From an uncultured delta proteobacterium (GTDB taxonomy: Bacteria; Myxococcota_A; Polyangia; Polyangiales; Polyangiaceae), in NCBI GenBank assembly GCA_963696385.1, contig CAVOKF010000007.1:480001-544000 (forward strand): a stretch of 64,000 nt of DNA, written 5' to 3'. Made by a program: the position numbers and the translations under genes. How positions within the stretch are numbered: position 1 is the first letter of the stretch; each line of letters starts with the position of its first letter. Below, one piece after another: positions 38,288 through 48,123 of this stretch. Under the pieces are notes generated by a model. The model was not told where the DNA came from. It did not search any database and saw only the letters and a list, made by a program, of their open reading frames with translations.

Positions 38288-38303
38288 CGGCATACGGCGT
38301 GCA
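38288..38303 (+). promoter_or_regulatory. sigma54 -24/-12 promoter (di-iron gene)
   Basis: CGGCATACGGCGTGCA: GG-N10-GC about 95 bp upstream of the ATG. Confidence 0.55.
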
Positions 38304-38396
38304 TGCCACGGGTCCCAAACAGGGGGCGTTCCGCCCCGCAACGAGACTCGTGAAGCCGCCGTCTCGATCGCAAGCCCACCCCTACCGGGAGATCCT

Positions 38397-39314
38397 ATGA
38401 CCATTCAACACAACTACACGTACGCTTCGGCTCTGGACGCCGCCACCCGGGTACACTGGCGGGTCGAAGACGTCGTGGGCAACGGCAAAAATCTCGACTT
38501 TACGAAGCCGTTCTTGCCCGATGCCCTCGCCGGCGTGTCCGGCATCGCTTCCTTGAGCGAGAGCGAGAAGCTCGTATTGAATCAGATTCGCGGCGCCACG
38601 TATCTCCATCTGTTCCAGCTCGTCGAGGAATTCATTCTGCCGTATGCCCATCGACACGCCGGCGACGCGATTCATGGAGACAAGGCTCGCGTGCGAGCGT
38701 TGCTCACGTTCGCCGAAGAGGAAGCAAAGCACCAGGTCCTGTTTCACCGCTTCGCAGAAGCGTTCGAAAAGGGTTTCCCGACGAAACCCGAATTCATCGG
38801 TCCGGCCACGGCCATTGCCAGCGCCGTCTTGGGCCACAGCGATCTCGGCGTGGCGCTCCTGGTCCTGCAGCTCGAGTGGCTCACGCAGCGTCACTACCTC
38901 GAGAGCGTGAAAACGGATGAATCGCTCGACCCCTTGTTCGTGAGTCTTTTGCGCCATCACTGGCAGGAGGAGGCCCAGCATGCGAAGCTCGATACACTGG
39001 TGGCGGCGGAGCTCGCGAGCCAGGCGACGCCCCTGCAGATCGAACAGGCCATCGACGACTTCCTGAAGATCGGCGGGATTCTCGACGGCGGTCTCCAGCA
39101 GCAGGTGCAGTTCGACGTCGCCACGCTCGAGCGCGCGATCGGGCGCACACTCACGCCGGCGCAACGCCAGGAGGTGGAGACCGCGCAACTGAAGTCCTAC
39201 CGCTTCACGTTCCTCGTTTCGGGCCTCGAGCAGCCGAATTTCACGCAAGCCATCGCGGACCTGAGTCCCTCCGGCTTGGCCCGGATCGCGCAAGTGGCGC
39301 GGACGCTGTCGTGA
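38397..39314 (+). CDS. Ferritin-like di-iron protein (AurF-like oxygenase fold)
   Basis: LVEEF, EEEAKH, QLEW, QEEAQH: two ExxH motifs. Confidence 0.8.
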   Translation: MTIQHNYTYASALDAATRVHWRVEDVVGNGKNLDFTKPFLPDALAGVSGIASLSESEKLVLNQIRGATYLHLFQLVEEFILPYAHRHAGDAIHGDKARVRALLTFAEEEAKHQVLFHRFAEAFEKGFPTKPEFIGPATAIASAVLGHSDLGVALLVLQLEWLTQRHYLESVKTDESLDPLFVSLLRHHWQEEAQHAKLDTLVAAELASQATPLQIEQAIDDFLKIGGILDGGLQQQVQFDVATLERAIGRTLTPAQRQEVETAQLKSYRFTFLVSGLEQPNFTQAIADLSPSGLARIAQVARTLS

Positions 39315-39390
39315 ACGGGTCCGCCCTGACGCCAAACGATGCGGCGTGGATCCCCTCCCGACACCGACGATCATGAAGGGTTGCGAGGCG

Positions 39391-39421
39391 CTTTCCCCAC
39401 CCGCCCCTCGGGTGGGGGAAG
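39391..39421. terminator. Strong hairpin between convergent genes, probable terminator
   Basis: CTTTCCCCACCCG-ccccT-CGGGTGGGGGAAG, 13-bp stem with one G-T pair. Confidence 0.65.
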
Positions 39422-39428
39422 TGTGCAT

Positions 39429-39977
39429 TCAGGTCTTGGCGGCCGAAGCGAAAAGGGCCACCGCGTCCTGCAAGCTGCGAACGGCGACGGCCAGACGACC
39501 TTCGGCCTCTCGCGTCAGCGCGACCCCAGTGTCTTGCACCGTGATCTCCGCGTCGTTGACGACGAGCGCCGGCAGCGCGCGCGCGCGGAAGAAGCGAAAG
39601 AGAGCCTGAAAGGCAACGCCAACCTCGGCGCCGTGCGAGTCGAGCTTCGTCGTGGCGATACCCAAGGCAGGCCGGTCGACGAGCGCGTCGGGCGGGATCA
39701 GATCGATCAAGGCCTTCAGGCCCGCCGAGTAGGTGGCCTTGTAGACCGGCGTCGAAACAACGATGGCGGCGGCACTCCGGACGACGGACAGAAATGCCGC
39801 GACCGACGGCGCTTCCACGCGGCCCCACAGCAAATCGGCCGCATCGAAGTCGCTCAGCGAAAACAATCGGGTCGACAGGCCGCGACCTTCCAGTTGCCGG
39901 GCGACTTGCTGCGCCACCCGGGTCGACTTCGACGTGGCCGACGGACTGCCCGCGAGAAAAACGACTTGTTGACTCAT
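39429..39977 (-). CDS. ssuE: NADPH-dependent FMN reductase (SsuE/MsuE family)
   Basis: LAGSPS..SKS, STPVYKATYSAGLKALID; sulfur-cluster context. Confidence 0.8.
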   Translation of the reverse strand: MSQQVVFLAGSPSATSKSTRVAQQVARQLEGRGLSTRLFSLSDFDAADLLWGRVEAPSVAAFLSVVRSAAAIVVSTPVYKATYSAGLKALIDLIPPDALVDRPALGIATTKLDSHGAEVGVAFQALFRFFRARALPALVVNDAEITVQDTGVALTREAEGRLAVAVRSLQDAVALFASAAKT

Positions 39978-40516
39978 GCTCCCTGTTCCCTTTCCCTGGT
40001 GATCGTTCGGCTTGCCCCCGATCGCGGCCCCGGATCGACCAGCCACGATCCGAAGCGGCGGTCAAAATGCAGCAGCGGCGACCCCGCGGAAACGGCGGCC
40101 GCCAGCACCTCGGCGACGAAAATGGTGTGGTCGCCACCGTCGTGAAGCGCGTGGCGCCGGCACTCCAAGGCAGCCAGCGATCCCTCGATGAGAGGGACTC
40201 CGTAGCCGGTGCCGATCGAAAGCGGGATGCCGGCAAATCGGTCGATGCCCGATCGAGCGAACTGCGCGGCGATGGGCGCCTGCCGCTCGTCGAGAATGCT
40301 CACGCCGACATGCTCGCAGGTGAGGATGCGATCGTACGCGCTCGCCTTCTTTCCGACGCAGGCAAGAACGAGCGGGGGGCAAAGCGACAGCGCGCTGAAG
40401 GCCGTGGCGGTGAACCCGACGAGGCCGCTCGGATGCCGGGCCGCCACGATGGTGACCCCGGAGGCGAAACGCGCGAGCGCGTCGCGAAATGCATCGGCAG
40501 CCAACGGCACGTTCAT
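39974..40516 (-). CDS. Flavin reductase-like protein
   Basis: FRDALARFASGVTIV, SALSLCPPLV, GGDHTIFVAEV; ATGA overlap with ssuE. Confidence 0.9.
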   Translation of the reverse strand: MNVPLAADAFRDALARFASGVTIVAARHPSGLVGFTATAFSALSLCPPLVLACVGKKASAYDRILTCEHVGVSILDERQAPIAAQFARSGIDRFAGIPLSIGTGYGVPLIEGSLAALECRRHALHDGGDHTIFVAEVLAAAVSAGSPLLHFDRRFGSWLVDPGPRSGASRTITREREQGA

Positions 40517-40571
40517 CGAAAAGGCTCCTCGTCCCGCGCGTCCTTTCGGCCGGCGCCGCTTGGTGCTTGGC

Positions 40572-40588
40572 TGCATGCATCGCGCCAA
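40572..40588 (-). promoter_or_regulatory. sigma54 -24/-12 promoter (flavin reductase-ssuE)
   Basis: Minus strand TTGGCGCGATGCATGCA, GG-N10-GC. Confidence 0.65.
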
Positions 40589-40724
40589 GGCACCGGGAGC
40601 CAGGAGTGACCCGCCGCCGGGCCAAGAGCCCGAGGCTCGATGGCCGCGCGCTTCGCAACCGACTCCCGCCGAAGCCGCGATCTCAACCGAACCGAATCTT
40701 ACGTCTCTTATACTGGACGTGCAT

Positions 40725-40739
40725 CTACTATTATAGTAG
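40725..40739. promoter_or_regulatory. AT-rich palindromic operator CTACTAT-T-ATAGTAG
   Basis: Perfect 7-bp inverted repeat 20 bp upstream of the activator ATG, conspicuous in a GC-rich background. Confidence 0.6.
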
Positions 40740-40758
40740 TCGTTCAGCCCGTGAGACC

Positions 40759-42768
40759 ATGACGCTTCTGCATCTGCCCCGATCCGATGCCCCGCCGTCC
40801 CGTGCGCGAGCTCTCGTCTTCGAAGACCCCCTCTCGCACGAATTACTGAGAAGTCTCGAGCAAATCGCTCCGACCGACGCGACGGTTCTCATCACCGGTG
40901 AGACGGGCACCGGCAAGGAGATCATCGCCCGCCGGCTGCACGAGCGAAGCATGCGCGCGAAGGCTCCCTTCGTCGCAGTCAACTGCGGGGCCTTGGCCCC
41001 ATCGCTCATCGAGAGTGAGCTCTTCGGACACGAAAAGGCGGCGTTCACCGGCGCTCTCACGGCCAAGGCCGGTTGGTTCGAGGCGGCGGGTGGCGGCACG
41101 CTGTTCCTCGACGAGATCGCCGATCTGCCCCTTGCGGCGCAGGTGAAACTCCTGCGTGTCCTGCAGGAGCGGGAAATCGTCCGCATCGGTGCGCGGCGGC
41201 CGGTCGCCATCGACGTCCGTCTCATCGCCGCGACGAACGCCAACCTCGCGCAGGCCGTGACCGAGGGCCGGTTCCGAGAGGACCTCTTTTACCGGCTGCA
41301 CGTCGCCCACTTGACGCTGGCTCCGCTCCGGGACCGGTCCGGCGACATCCTTCCGCTCGCCAAGTATTTCATCGCAACCTACGCGGCCCGACTCGGGCTC
41401 GATGCCGTCCCGCTTACCCCCGAGGCGCAGGCCAAGCTTTTGGCCCATCGATGGTCGGGCAACATCCGCGAACTGGAGAATGCGATGCACCACGCCCTGC
41501 TCGTGCGAAGCGAGGGATGCATCGACGCCGACGATCTGCGTCTCATCGAGGAGGGGCCCATCCGCCCGTCGCCTTCGAGCCCTCCGCCGCCCAAAGACGA
41601 CGCGCCGCGTTCGCGCCCGGGCGACCCGCTCGGGGCGATGGAAGCGGCTCTCGTCGCGTGGTTCGAGCGCGAGCCGCCGAGCCTGCTGCAGCAAATCGAA
41701 GAGGCGGTCTTTCGCAAAGCCTACGAATTTTGCGAACACAACCAGCTGCGTACCGCGCGACTTCTCGGCACGAGTCGAAACATCGTCCGCGCGAGGCTCA
41801 TCCATCATGGCTTGCTCGCCTCGAGTCCCGAGCCTCAGACGTCCGCCGCGCCGGGCGAAAGCCCTCCTGCATGCTCTCCGAAAGCCATCCGCGTGCGCAT
41901 CGGTCACCAGCCGTTCGGCGTGCTGTCTTTGCTCAAAGCGACGCGAGCGCTGGAGGATGCATTTGCCGTGCACGGGGCCGAGGTCGAATGGACACGCTGC
42001 GCCACCGGTATGCAAGTGGTCGACGGACTCGCCGTCGGTGCCATGGATCTCGGCGTGGTCGGCGAGGCGCCTCCGGTCTTCGCACAAGCCGCCTATGCGC
42101 CGCTCGTGTATCTGGCCGCCGAGCCGCCGGCTCCCGAGGGCGAGGGGATCCTGGTCTTGGACGCATCGCCCATCCGCAAGGTCTCGGACCTACGCGGCAA
42201 GACCATTGCCGTCCCACGCGGCTCGAACGCCATGTACTTCGTGCTTCGAGCCCTCGAGGAATGCCGCTTGAACCCCGGCGACGTGGATATCCGTCCGCTC
42301 GCGCCCTCGGAGGGCCACCGCGCGCTGTTGCGGTCGGAGGTGGATGCCTGGGCGATTTGGAATCCGCTCCTGGCGTTCGTCCGGCAGACGACGCCCGTTC
42401 GCCAGATCCGCGACGCCCGCGGCCTCGCCAGCAACCGAGCGTTTTACGTCGCGCGCTTGGCCTTTGCGGATGCTCATCCCGAATGGGTCGACGCGTTTCT
42501 CGGACAAGTGGCCGCCTTGGGCCGGTGGGCCATGGAAAACCGGCGGGCCGCAGCGGACGCGCTTGCGCCGGAGACCGACGTCCCCGCCGACGCGATCGAG
42601 ACGGCGCTCTCGGCGACCCGTTTCGATGTCGGTCCGATCCGAGCGGAGGTCGTGGCCTCTCAACAGCGCATCGCCGACACGTTTTGTCGACTGGGCCTCA
42701 TCGCGCGCCCTGTTCGGGTGGGCGATGCGGTCTGGGCTCCCCCGGGAGCACAACGGCGCTCGGCGTAG
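40759..42768 (+). CDS. SfnR-like sigma54 enhancer-binding protein fused to a C-terminal SsuA-like sulfonate-binding domain
   Basis: ALVFEDP.S N-terminus, [50 protein letters not shown] ([13 protein letters not shown]), then RIGHQ...[12 protein letters not shown]...DLRGKTIAV...VDAWAIWNP...QQRIADTF. Confidence 0.88.
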   Translation: MTLLHLPRSDAPPSRARALVFEDPLSHELLRSLEQIAPTDATVLITGETGTGKEIIARRLHERSMRAKAPFVAVNCGALAPSLIESELFGHEKAAFTGALTAKAGWFEAAGGGTLFLDEIADLPLAAQVKLLRVLQEREIVRIGARRPVAIDVRLIAATNANLAQAVTEGRFREDLFYRLHVAHLTLAPLRDRSGDILPLAKYFIATYAARLGLDAVPLTPEAQAKLLAHRWSGNIRELENAMHHALLVRSEGCIDADDLRLIEEGPIRPSPSSPPPPKDDAPRSRPGDPLGAMEAALVAWFEREPPSLLQQIEEAVFRKAYEFCEHNQLRTARLLGTSRNIVRARLIHHGLLASSPEPQTSAAPGESPPACSPKAIRVRIGHQPFGVLSLLKATRALEDAFAVHGAEVEWTRCATGMQVVDGLAVGAMDLGVVGEAPPVFAQAAYAPLVYLAAEPPAPEGEGILVLDASPIRKVSDLRGKTIAVPRGSNAMYFVLRALEECRLNPGDVDIRPLAPSEGHRALLRSEVDAWAIWNPLLAFVRQTTPVRQIRDARGLASNRAFYVARLAFADAHPEWVDAFLGQVAALGRWAMENRRAAADALAPETDVPADAIETALSATRFDVGPIRAEVVASQQRIADTFCRLGLIARPVRVGDAVWAPPGAQRRSA

Positions 42769-43903
42769 CGGGGACGTGGCCGGGCGCGTAGCGTTGCGCC
42801 AGCATTTCACCGAACGGTCCGGTCAGGTTGTGCTCGAAACCGTTGGCGGGCGTTTCAAGCGGAAGCCTCGGGAAGAGAAGCTCGGCCACCCGATACGCCT
42901 CCTCGAGGTGCGGATAGCCGGAGAGGATGAAGCTGTCGACTCCCGCATCCGCGTATTCGAGTATCCGCGCCGCGACCGTGTCCGGGTCCCCCACGAGCGC
43001 CGTGCCGGCGCCACCCCGAGCGAGACCCACGCCGGCCCACAGGTTGGGGCTCACCTCCAGCTTGTCGCGGCGCCCTCCGTGAAGGGCCACCATACGACGC
43101 TGCCCCTCCGACTCGAAGTGCGCGAACGCATGCTGCGCCGCCGCGATCGCAGCGTCGTCGAGGCGGCTGATGAGAGCCTCGGCCGCCGACCAGGCCTCCG
43201 AGTCGCTTCGTCGGACAATCACGTGCACGCGGAGCCCAAAACGCAAGGTGCGCCCAAGCTTCGCCGCGCGCTCGCGAACATCCGCGATCTTCGCGGCCAC
43301 CGCTCGGGGGGGCTCGCCCCAGCTCAAGTACACGTCGACCTCGCGCGCCGCGACGTCGTGGCCCGCATCCGACGAGCCCCCGATGTAGATCGGCGGGTGC
43401 GGGCGCTGCACCGGCGGATAGAGAATTTTGGCGCCGCGCACCGAAATGTGTCGACCTTCGAAGTCGACGGTTTCGCCACTCAGAACCCGTTTGAAAATCT
43501 GCAAGAACTCCGAGGTCGCCACGTAACGCTCATCGCGTCGCAGGTAGACGCCATCGCCCTCGGACTCGGCCGGATCGCCTCCCGTGACCACGTTGAGTAA
43601 GACGCGCCCCCGGGAGATGCGATCGAGCGATGCCGTCATGCGCGCGGCGAGGGTCGGTGAAAGGATGCCAGGGCGCAGGGCGACGAGAAACCGAAGCCGA
43701 TCGGTTACGGGCACCATGGCGGAGGCCACCACCCACGCGTCTTCGCACGAGCGTCCGGTGGGCAAAAGAACTCCGTAGAACCCGAGTGCGTCCGCCGCCT
43801 GCGCGATCTGCCGCAGATACGGTAGGTCGACGCCCCGAGCCCCGTCGGCGCTTCCGAGAAAGGCACCGTCGCCGTGGGTGGGCAGAAACCAAAATATGTC
43901 CAT
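42698..43903 (-). CDS. ssuD: FMNH2-dependent alkanesulfonate monooxygenase
   Basis: [61 protein letters not shown]. Confidence 0.95.
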   Translation of the reverse strand: MDIFWFLPTHGDGAFLGSADGARGVDLPYLRQIAQAADALGFYGVLLPTGRSCEDAWVVASAMVPVTDRLRFLVALRPGILSPTLAARMTASLDRISRGRVLLNVVTGGDPAESEGDGVYLRRDERYVATSEFLQIFKRVLSGETVDFEGRHISVRGAKILYPPVQRPHPPIYIGGSSDAGHDVAAREVDVYLSWGEPPRAVAAKIADVRERAAKLGRTLRFGLRVHVIVRRSDSEAWSAAEALISRLDDAAIAAAQHAFAHFESEGQRRMVALHGGRRDKLEVSPNLWAGVGLARGGAGTALVGDPDTVAARILEYADAGVDSFILSGYPHLEEAYRVAELLFPRLPLETPANGFEHNLTGPFGEMLAQRYAPGHVPATPSAVVLPGEPRPHRPPEQGAR

Positions 43904-43993
43904 ACTTGGTGCCCTGCCCGCAAATCTCGGGCCCGGCAGGCGACCCTCGAAGAGGGTGTGGAAGCGGATTCGGGACTGCTGGCCACGCAGCCG

Positions 43994-44009
43994 TGCTCCA
44001 GCAGTGCCG
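43994..44009 (-). promoter_or_regulatory. sigma54 -24/-12 promoter (ssuD)
   Basis: Minus strand CGGCACTGCTGGAGCA, GG-N10-GC; -12 element imperfect. Confidence 0.5.
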
Positions 44010-44138
44010 TTTGCTGCGCAGCAGGTGTCCGGGCGTGGGACGCGACATCAGCCCGTGTCGTGGCGGACAGGATCTTCGAAAGCCGTCCGGCGCTCCAAAG
44101 CCCGGGATTGTCCGCGATCCGACCGACCGCGCTCGCAC

Positions 44139-44155
44139 CCGGCATGTGGCCTGCA
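44139..44155 (+). promoter_or_regulatory. sigma54 -24/-12 promoter (msuC-like gene)
   Basis: CCGGCATGTGGCCTGCA, GG-N10-GC; predicted +1 falls at about the ATG. Confidence 0.6.
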
Positions 44156-44166
44156 CGCGGCCCGGT

Positions 44167-45327
44167 ATGACCGATCTGCTCTCTATGGCCGAGGGCCTGG
44201 CCCGGACCTTCGCGGCGACCGCGATCGAACGCGACCGCGCCGGAGGGACCCCGAAGCGCGAGCGCGATGCCCTGCGCGCAAGCGATCTCTTGGCCATGTC
44301 CATTCCCGTCCGCCTCGGCGGCAGCGGGGCGGACTGGGCCACGACGCTCCGCGCCGTGCGCGCGATTTCGCGCGCGGACGGATCGCTCGGACACGTTTTC
44401 GGCTTCCAGCACCTCTTGCTTGCAACCGTTCGCCTGTTCGGCACGCCCGCCCAGTTCGATGCCCTGGCGCGCGACACGGTGAAACAGCGGTGGTTCTGGG
44501 GTAACGCCCTCAACCCCCTCGACACGCGAGCCAGGCTCGTGCAACGCGGAGACGAGTTCGCGATCTCGGGCACGAAGAGCTTTTGCTCCGGTGCCAGGGA
44601 TGCCGACATGCTCGTCGTGTCGGCGACCGATGCCGTCAACGGTCGGCTCATCGTGGCGGTCGTGCCCGCTTCGCGCCCCGGAATCACCGCTCATGACGAT
44701 TGGGACAATATGGGGCAACGCCAAACCGATAGCGGCACCGTCGTCTTCGACAACGCCCGCGTGCTCGAGAGCGAGATCCTCGCGCATCCCGGGCCGCTCG
44801 GCAGCCCGCTCGCCTCGCTTCGGCCTCTCGTCGCCCAGCTCACCCTCGTCAACGTCTATATCGGGCTTGCGGAGGGTGCCTTCGAGGCCGCCCGGACGAT
44901 CACCCGCGAGCGAGGCAAAGGTTGGTTTGCGAGTGGGGTCGAACGGATCGTCGACGATCCTTACGTCCTGGCCTCGTTCGGTGACCTGTATTGCGAGCTC
45001 GAGGGCGCACGGCTCATCGCGGACGCGGCCGCGGCGAAGCTCGACGGGGCGTGGACCCGCGGCGACGAGCTCACGACCCACGGCCGCGGCGAAGTGGCGG
45101 TCGCCGTGGCCGCCGCCAAGGTGGCTGCGACGCGCGCGGGCTTGGAGGTGACCAGCCGGATCTTCGACGCGACCGGTGCGCGTGCGACGACGGCGCGTCT
45201 CGGACTCGATCGCTTCTGGCGCAACCTGCGCACCCATACCCTGCATGACCCGGTCGACTACAAGCGCCGAGACGTGGGGCGCTGGCTTCTCACCGATGAG
45301 TGGCCGGCCCCCTCTTTCTACTCGTGA
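44167..45327 (+). CDS. Acyl-CoA-dehydrogenase-fold flavin monooxygenase (MsuC/DszC-like)
   Basis: FWGNALNPLD, GTKSFCSGA, DDWDNMGQRQTDSG, DRFWRNLRTHTLHDPVDYK. Confidence 0.88.
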   Translation: MTDLLSMAEGLARTFAATAIERDRAGGTPKRERDALRASDLLAMSIPVRLGGSGADWATTLRAVRAISRADGSLGHVFGFQHLLLATVRLFGTPAQFDALARDTVKQRWFWGNALNPLDTRARLVQRGDEFAISGTKSFCSGARDADMLVVSATDAVNGRLIVAVVPASRPGITAHDDWDNMGQRQTDSGTVVFDNARVLESEILAHPGPLGSPLASLRPLVAQLTLVNVYIGLAEGAFEAARTITRERGKGWFASGVERIVDDPYVLASFGDLYCELEGARLIADAAAAKLDGAWTRGDELTTHGRGEVAVAVAAAKVAATRAGLEVTSRIFDATGARATTARLGLDRFWRNLRTHTLHDPVDYKRRDVGRWLLTDEWPAPSFYS

Positions 45328-45443
45328 GGTCACCGGCTGGCCGCCGCGTGTTCTGTAGCAGCAACAGCCCCGCAGTCGGTGCACATGTCGGGGCAGACGA
45401 CACGACGCTGGGTCGAATTCCGTTCTTTTTGCGGCGATTGGGG

Positions 45444-45460
45444 CCGGCACAAAGCCTGCA
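45444..45460 (+). promoter_or_regulatory. sigma54 -24/-12 promoter (sfnG)
   Basis: CCGGCACAAAGCCTGCA, near-consensus, 50 bp upstream of the ATG. Confidence 0.75.
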
Positions 45461-45510
45461 CCCGAGCAGGGCGAAGGCGAGTGAACCGGACATATCCGAA
45501 GGAGCGCACG

Positions 45511-46617
45511 ATGAGTATCGAGACGAGCACGCGCGTAAACGAACCCATCAAGTTCGCCTACTGGGTCCCCAACGTGAGCGGGGGCCTGGTGATTAGCAAG
45601 ATCGAGCAGCGGACCGACTGGAGCCTCGACTACAATGTGAAGCTCGCGCGGCTCGCCGAGAACCATGGCTTCGAATACGCGCTGAGCCAGGTCCGTTACA
45701 TGGCAAGCTACGGGGCCGAGTTCCAGCATGAGTCGACGACCTTCAGCTTCGCGCTGCTCCAGGCGACGCAGCGGCTCAAGGTCATTGCGGCCATCCACCC
45801 GGGCCTATGGCATCCGGCCGTGCTCGCCAAACTCGTGGCCACGCAGGACCTGCTGAGTGGGGGACGATCGGCCGTGAACGTCGTCAGCGGGTGGTTCAAA
45901 GGTGAATTCACCGCGCTCGGAGAGCCTTGGCTCGAGCACGACGAACGCTACCGGCGGTCGGAGGAATTCATTCGCGTGCTCCGGGGCAGTTGGACCGAGG
46001 ACCACTTTTCATTCTCCGGCGACTTCTATCGCATCCATGGGTACAGCTTGAAGCCGAAGCCCATCCAGTCCCCGCACCCGGAGATCTTCCAGGGCGGCAC
46101 TTCTCGAGCGGCGCGCGACATGGCCGCCCGGGTCTCTGATTGGTATTTTTGCAACGGCAATACGATCGAGGCCATCCAGGCACAAGTCGACGACATCCGA
46201 CGCAAAGCCGCCGAGGTCGGCCGGCGTCCTCCGAAGATTGGAATGAACGCGTTCATCATCGCCCGCGACACGGAAGCCGAAGCGAAGAAGGTCCTCGACG
46301 ACATCGTCAAGCATGCGGACCGCGAAGCGGTCAACGCGTTCGGAGACGCCGTCAAGCAAGCGGGCAAAGCGTCTCCCGAGGGTCAGGGCAATTGGGCCAA
46401 TTCGACGTTCGAAGATCTCGTGCAATACAACGACGGATTTCGGCCGGGATTGGTCGGTACACCGGATCAAATCGCCGGTCGGATCGCCGCATACAAGTCC
46501 GCCGGGGTCGATCTGGTGCTCGCGGGCTTTCTTCACTACTTGGAAGATGTCGAATACTTCGGCAAACGGATCCTGCCGTTGGTGCGCGCGGGCGAGTCCA
46601 ATCGCGTCGCGGCGTAA
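45511..46617 (+). CDS. sfnG: Dimethylsulfone monooxygenase
   Basis: AAGGAG RBS; IKFAYWVPNVSGGLVISKIEQRT, WLEHDERYRRSEEF, FEDLVQYNDGF. Confidence 0.95.
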   Translation: MSIETSTRVNEPIKFAYWVPNVSGGLVISKIEQRTDWSLDYNVKLARLAENHGFEYALSQVRYMASYGAEFQHESTTFSFALLQATQRLKVIAAIHPGLWHPAVLAKLVATQDLLSGGRSAVNVVSGWFKGEFTALGEPWLEHDERYRRSEEFIRVLRGSWTEDHFSFSGDFYRIHGYSLKPKPIQSPHPEIFQGGTSRAARDMAARVSDWYFCNGNTIEAIQAQVDDIRRKAAEVGRRPPKIGMNAFIIARDTEAEAKKVLDDIVKHADREAVNAFGDAVKQAGKASPEGQGNWANSTFEDLVQYNDGFRPGLVGTPDQIAGRIAAYKSAGVDLVLAGFLHYLEDVEYFGKRILPLVRAGESNRVAA

Positions 46618-46790
46618 GGTCCGGACGGCTTTTTGTCCAACACCCAGCGCCTCTCTGCTTGGGGCGGCTCCAGCTGAGCCGCGCGCCAGTGAGAGGCGGC
46701 CCCAGGCGGGGACGCGCTCGCTGACGCGCAGCAGTTGGTGGGGGCGAGAGCCTCGAGCCCATCGGCGAAGCGACGGCTGTACGCCGACCG

Positions 46791-46808
46791 ATCTCCCCTG
46801 GGGGAGAT
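46791..46808. terminator. Inverted repeat between convergent sfnG and sfnB
   Basis: ATCTCCCC-TG-GGGGAGAT. Confidence 0.45.
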
Positions 46809-46859
46809 GCGGGTGGTTACGCGGTTACCGAGCCGCCGCCCGAAGCGGGAGCGACCGCC

Positions 46860-48101
46860 TCAACTCCATGCGTGAAGCGGCGGATTGACCCCATTGAGGT
46901 AGTAGTCGCCGAGGATTGCGTACTTCCAGCGGACCGGATCGTGAAGGGTGTGAGTGCGAGCGTTTCGCCAATGCCGATCGAGGGCGTGTTCGGCCAGCGT
47001 CGAGCGCGTGCCGGCGAGCTCGAAAATCTTGTTGGTGGCCAAAATGGCTAATTCAGTCGAAAAAATCTTGGCTTTGGCCACTTCGATTTGCGCCTCGGCG
47101 ACCGCTTGGGTGCTGGGCTCCGCCACGGCGCGGTCCACCGCCCGCCCCGCCCCGTCGAGCAACGCCTGCGTCGCGCTCAATCGGAGCTCGAGGTCGCCAA
47201 TCGCCTGAATCGTGTACGGATCGGCGGTCGCCGACTCCACACCGCTATCGACCCACGCTCGAGTTTTCGTCTTCACGAATTCGATCGTGTCCTCGATGGC
47301 GGCCCGTGCGATGCCTGTGTCGACCGCGGCCTGGATAATCTGAAAGATCGCGCCGTCGGCGGTCGGGTGGTCGTACCCTTTGTAGCCGGGAACCAGGTGC
47401 GTCTTCGGTACCTTGACGTTTTTGAGCAGCACCGTTCCGCTGAGGGTCGTCCGCTGTCCAAAACTCGACCAATCGTCGATGACGCTCAAGCCGGGCGCAT
47501 CCCGCTCGGCGATCGCATACCAGGCCCTACCCTGATCATCGAGCGCCACGATGGGCACGAGGTGCGCGAGGAGCGCGCCGGTTGCATAAAATTTTCGGCC
47601 GTTCACGATTACGTGGTCGCCCTTGTCCTCGAAGCGCGTCTCGAAGTCGACCGCGCGCTTCGACCCGTATTCTGAAAACGCGTTGCCGAATCGAAGGCCT
47701 CGCAGGACGGCGGCAAACAAGAGCTTCTGCTGGTCCGGATCCGAAACGGTGCGAATCGCGGCCACCACGCCGAGATGATTTTGCGGAATCTGGCCCAGCG
47801 ACGGGTCTGCGGCCGAGATGATTTCGATGACGCGGGAGAGTGTAACGTACGACACTTCGGGCCCGCCGAACTTTTTCGGCACATTGATCGACCAGAGACC
47901 GCTCTGCGAGAAGTCATCGAGTTCCTCGAGCGGCCGACGGCGTGTTCGGTCACGCTCGGCGGCTCCTTTGGCAAATTTCTGTGCGAGCTCTCGCGCGACG
48001 GCAATGGCTTCTCGATCGTCACGAAGGATGTGGGCGGGGTGTTTGGGGCGGGCTACCGCCGGCGCGGGTTCGGTGGCATTCTGCGAAGAAGCACTGGTCA
48101 T
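46860..48101 (-). CDS. sfnB: SfnB-family sulfur acquisition oxidoreductase
   Basis: AHILRDDREAI, SQSGLW, ADPSLGQIPQNH, RFGNAFSE, DDWSSFGQRTT.SG, DRHWRNARTHTLHDPVRWK. Confidence 0.92.
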   Translation of the reverse strand: MTSASSQNATEPAPAVARPKHPAHILRDDREAIAVARELAQKFAKGAAERDRTRRRPLEELDDFSQSGLWSINVPKKFGGPEVSYVTLSRVIEIISAADPSLGQIPQNHLGVVAAIRTVSDPDQQKLLFAAVLRGLRFGNAFSEYGSKRAVDFETRFEDKGDHVIVNGRKFYATGALLAHLVPIVALDDQGRAWYAIAERDAPGLSVIDDWSSFGQRTTLSGTVLLKNVKVPKTHLVPGYKGYDHPTADGAIFQIIQAAVDTGIARAAIEDTIEFVKTKTRAWVDSGVESATADPYTIQAIGDLELRLSATQALLDGAGRAVDRAVAEPSTQAVAEAQIEVAKAKIFSTELAILATNKIFELAGTRSTLAEHALDRHWRNARTHTLHDPVRWKYAILGDYYLNGVNPPLHAWS

Positions 48102-48123
48102 GGGACTCTCCGCAACGCACCGA

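Noticed and set aside
42698..42768. 71-bp convergent overlap of ssuD and the activator as antisense regulation
   Set aside because: Short 3' overlaps arise readily in GC-rich genomes with few stop codons; no further support
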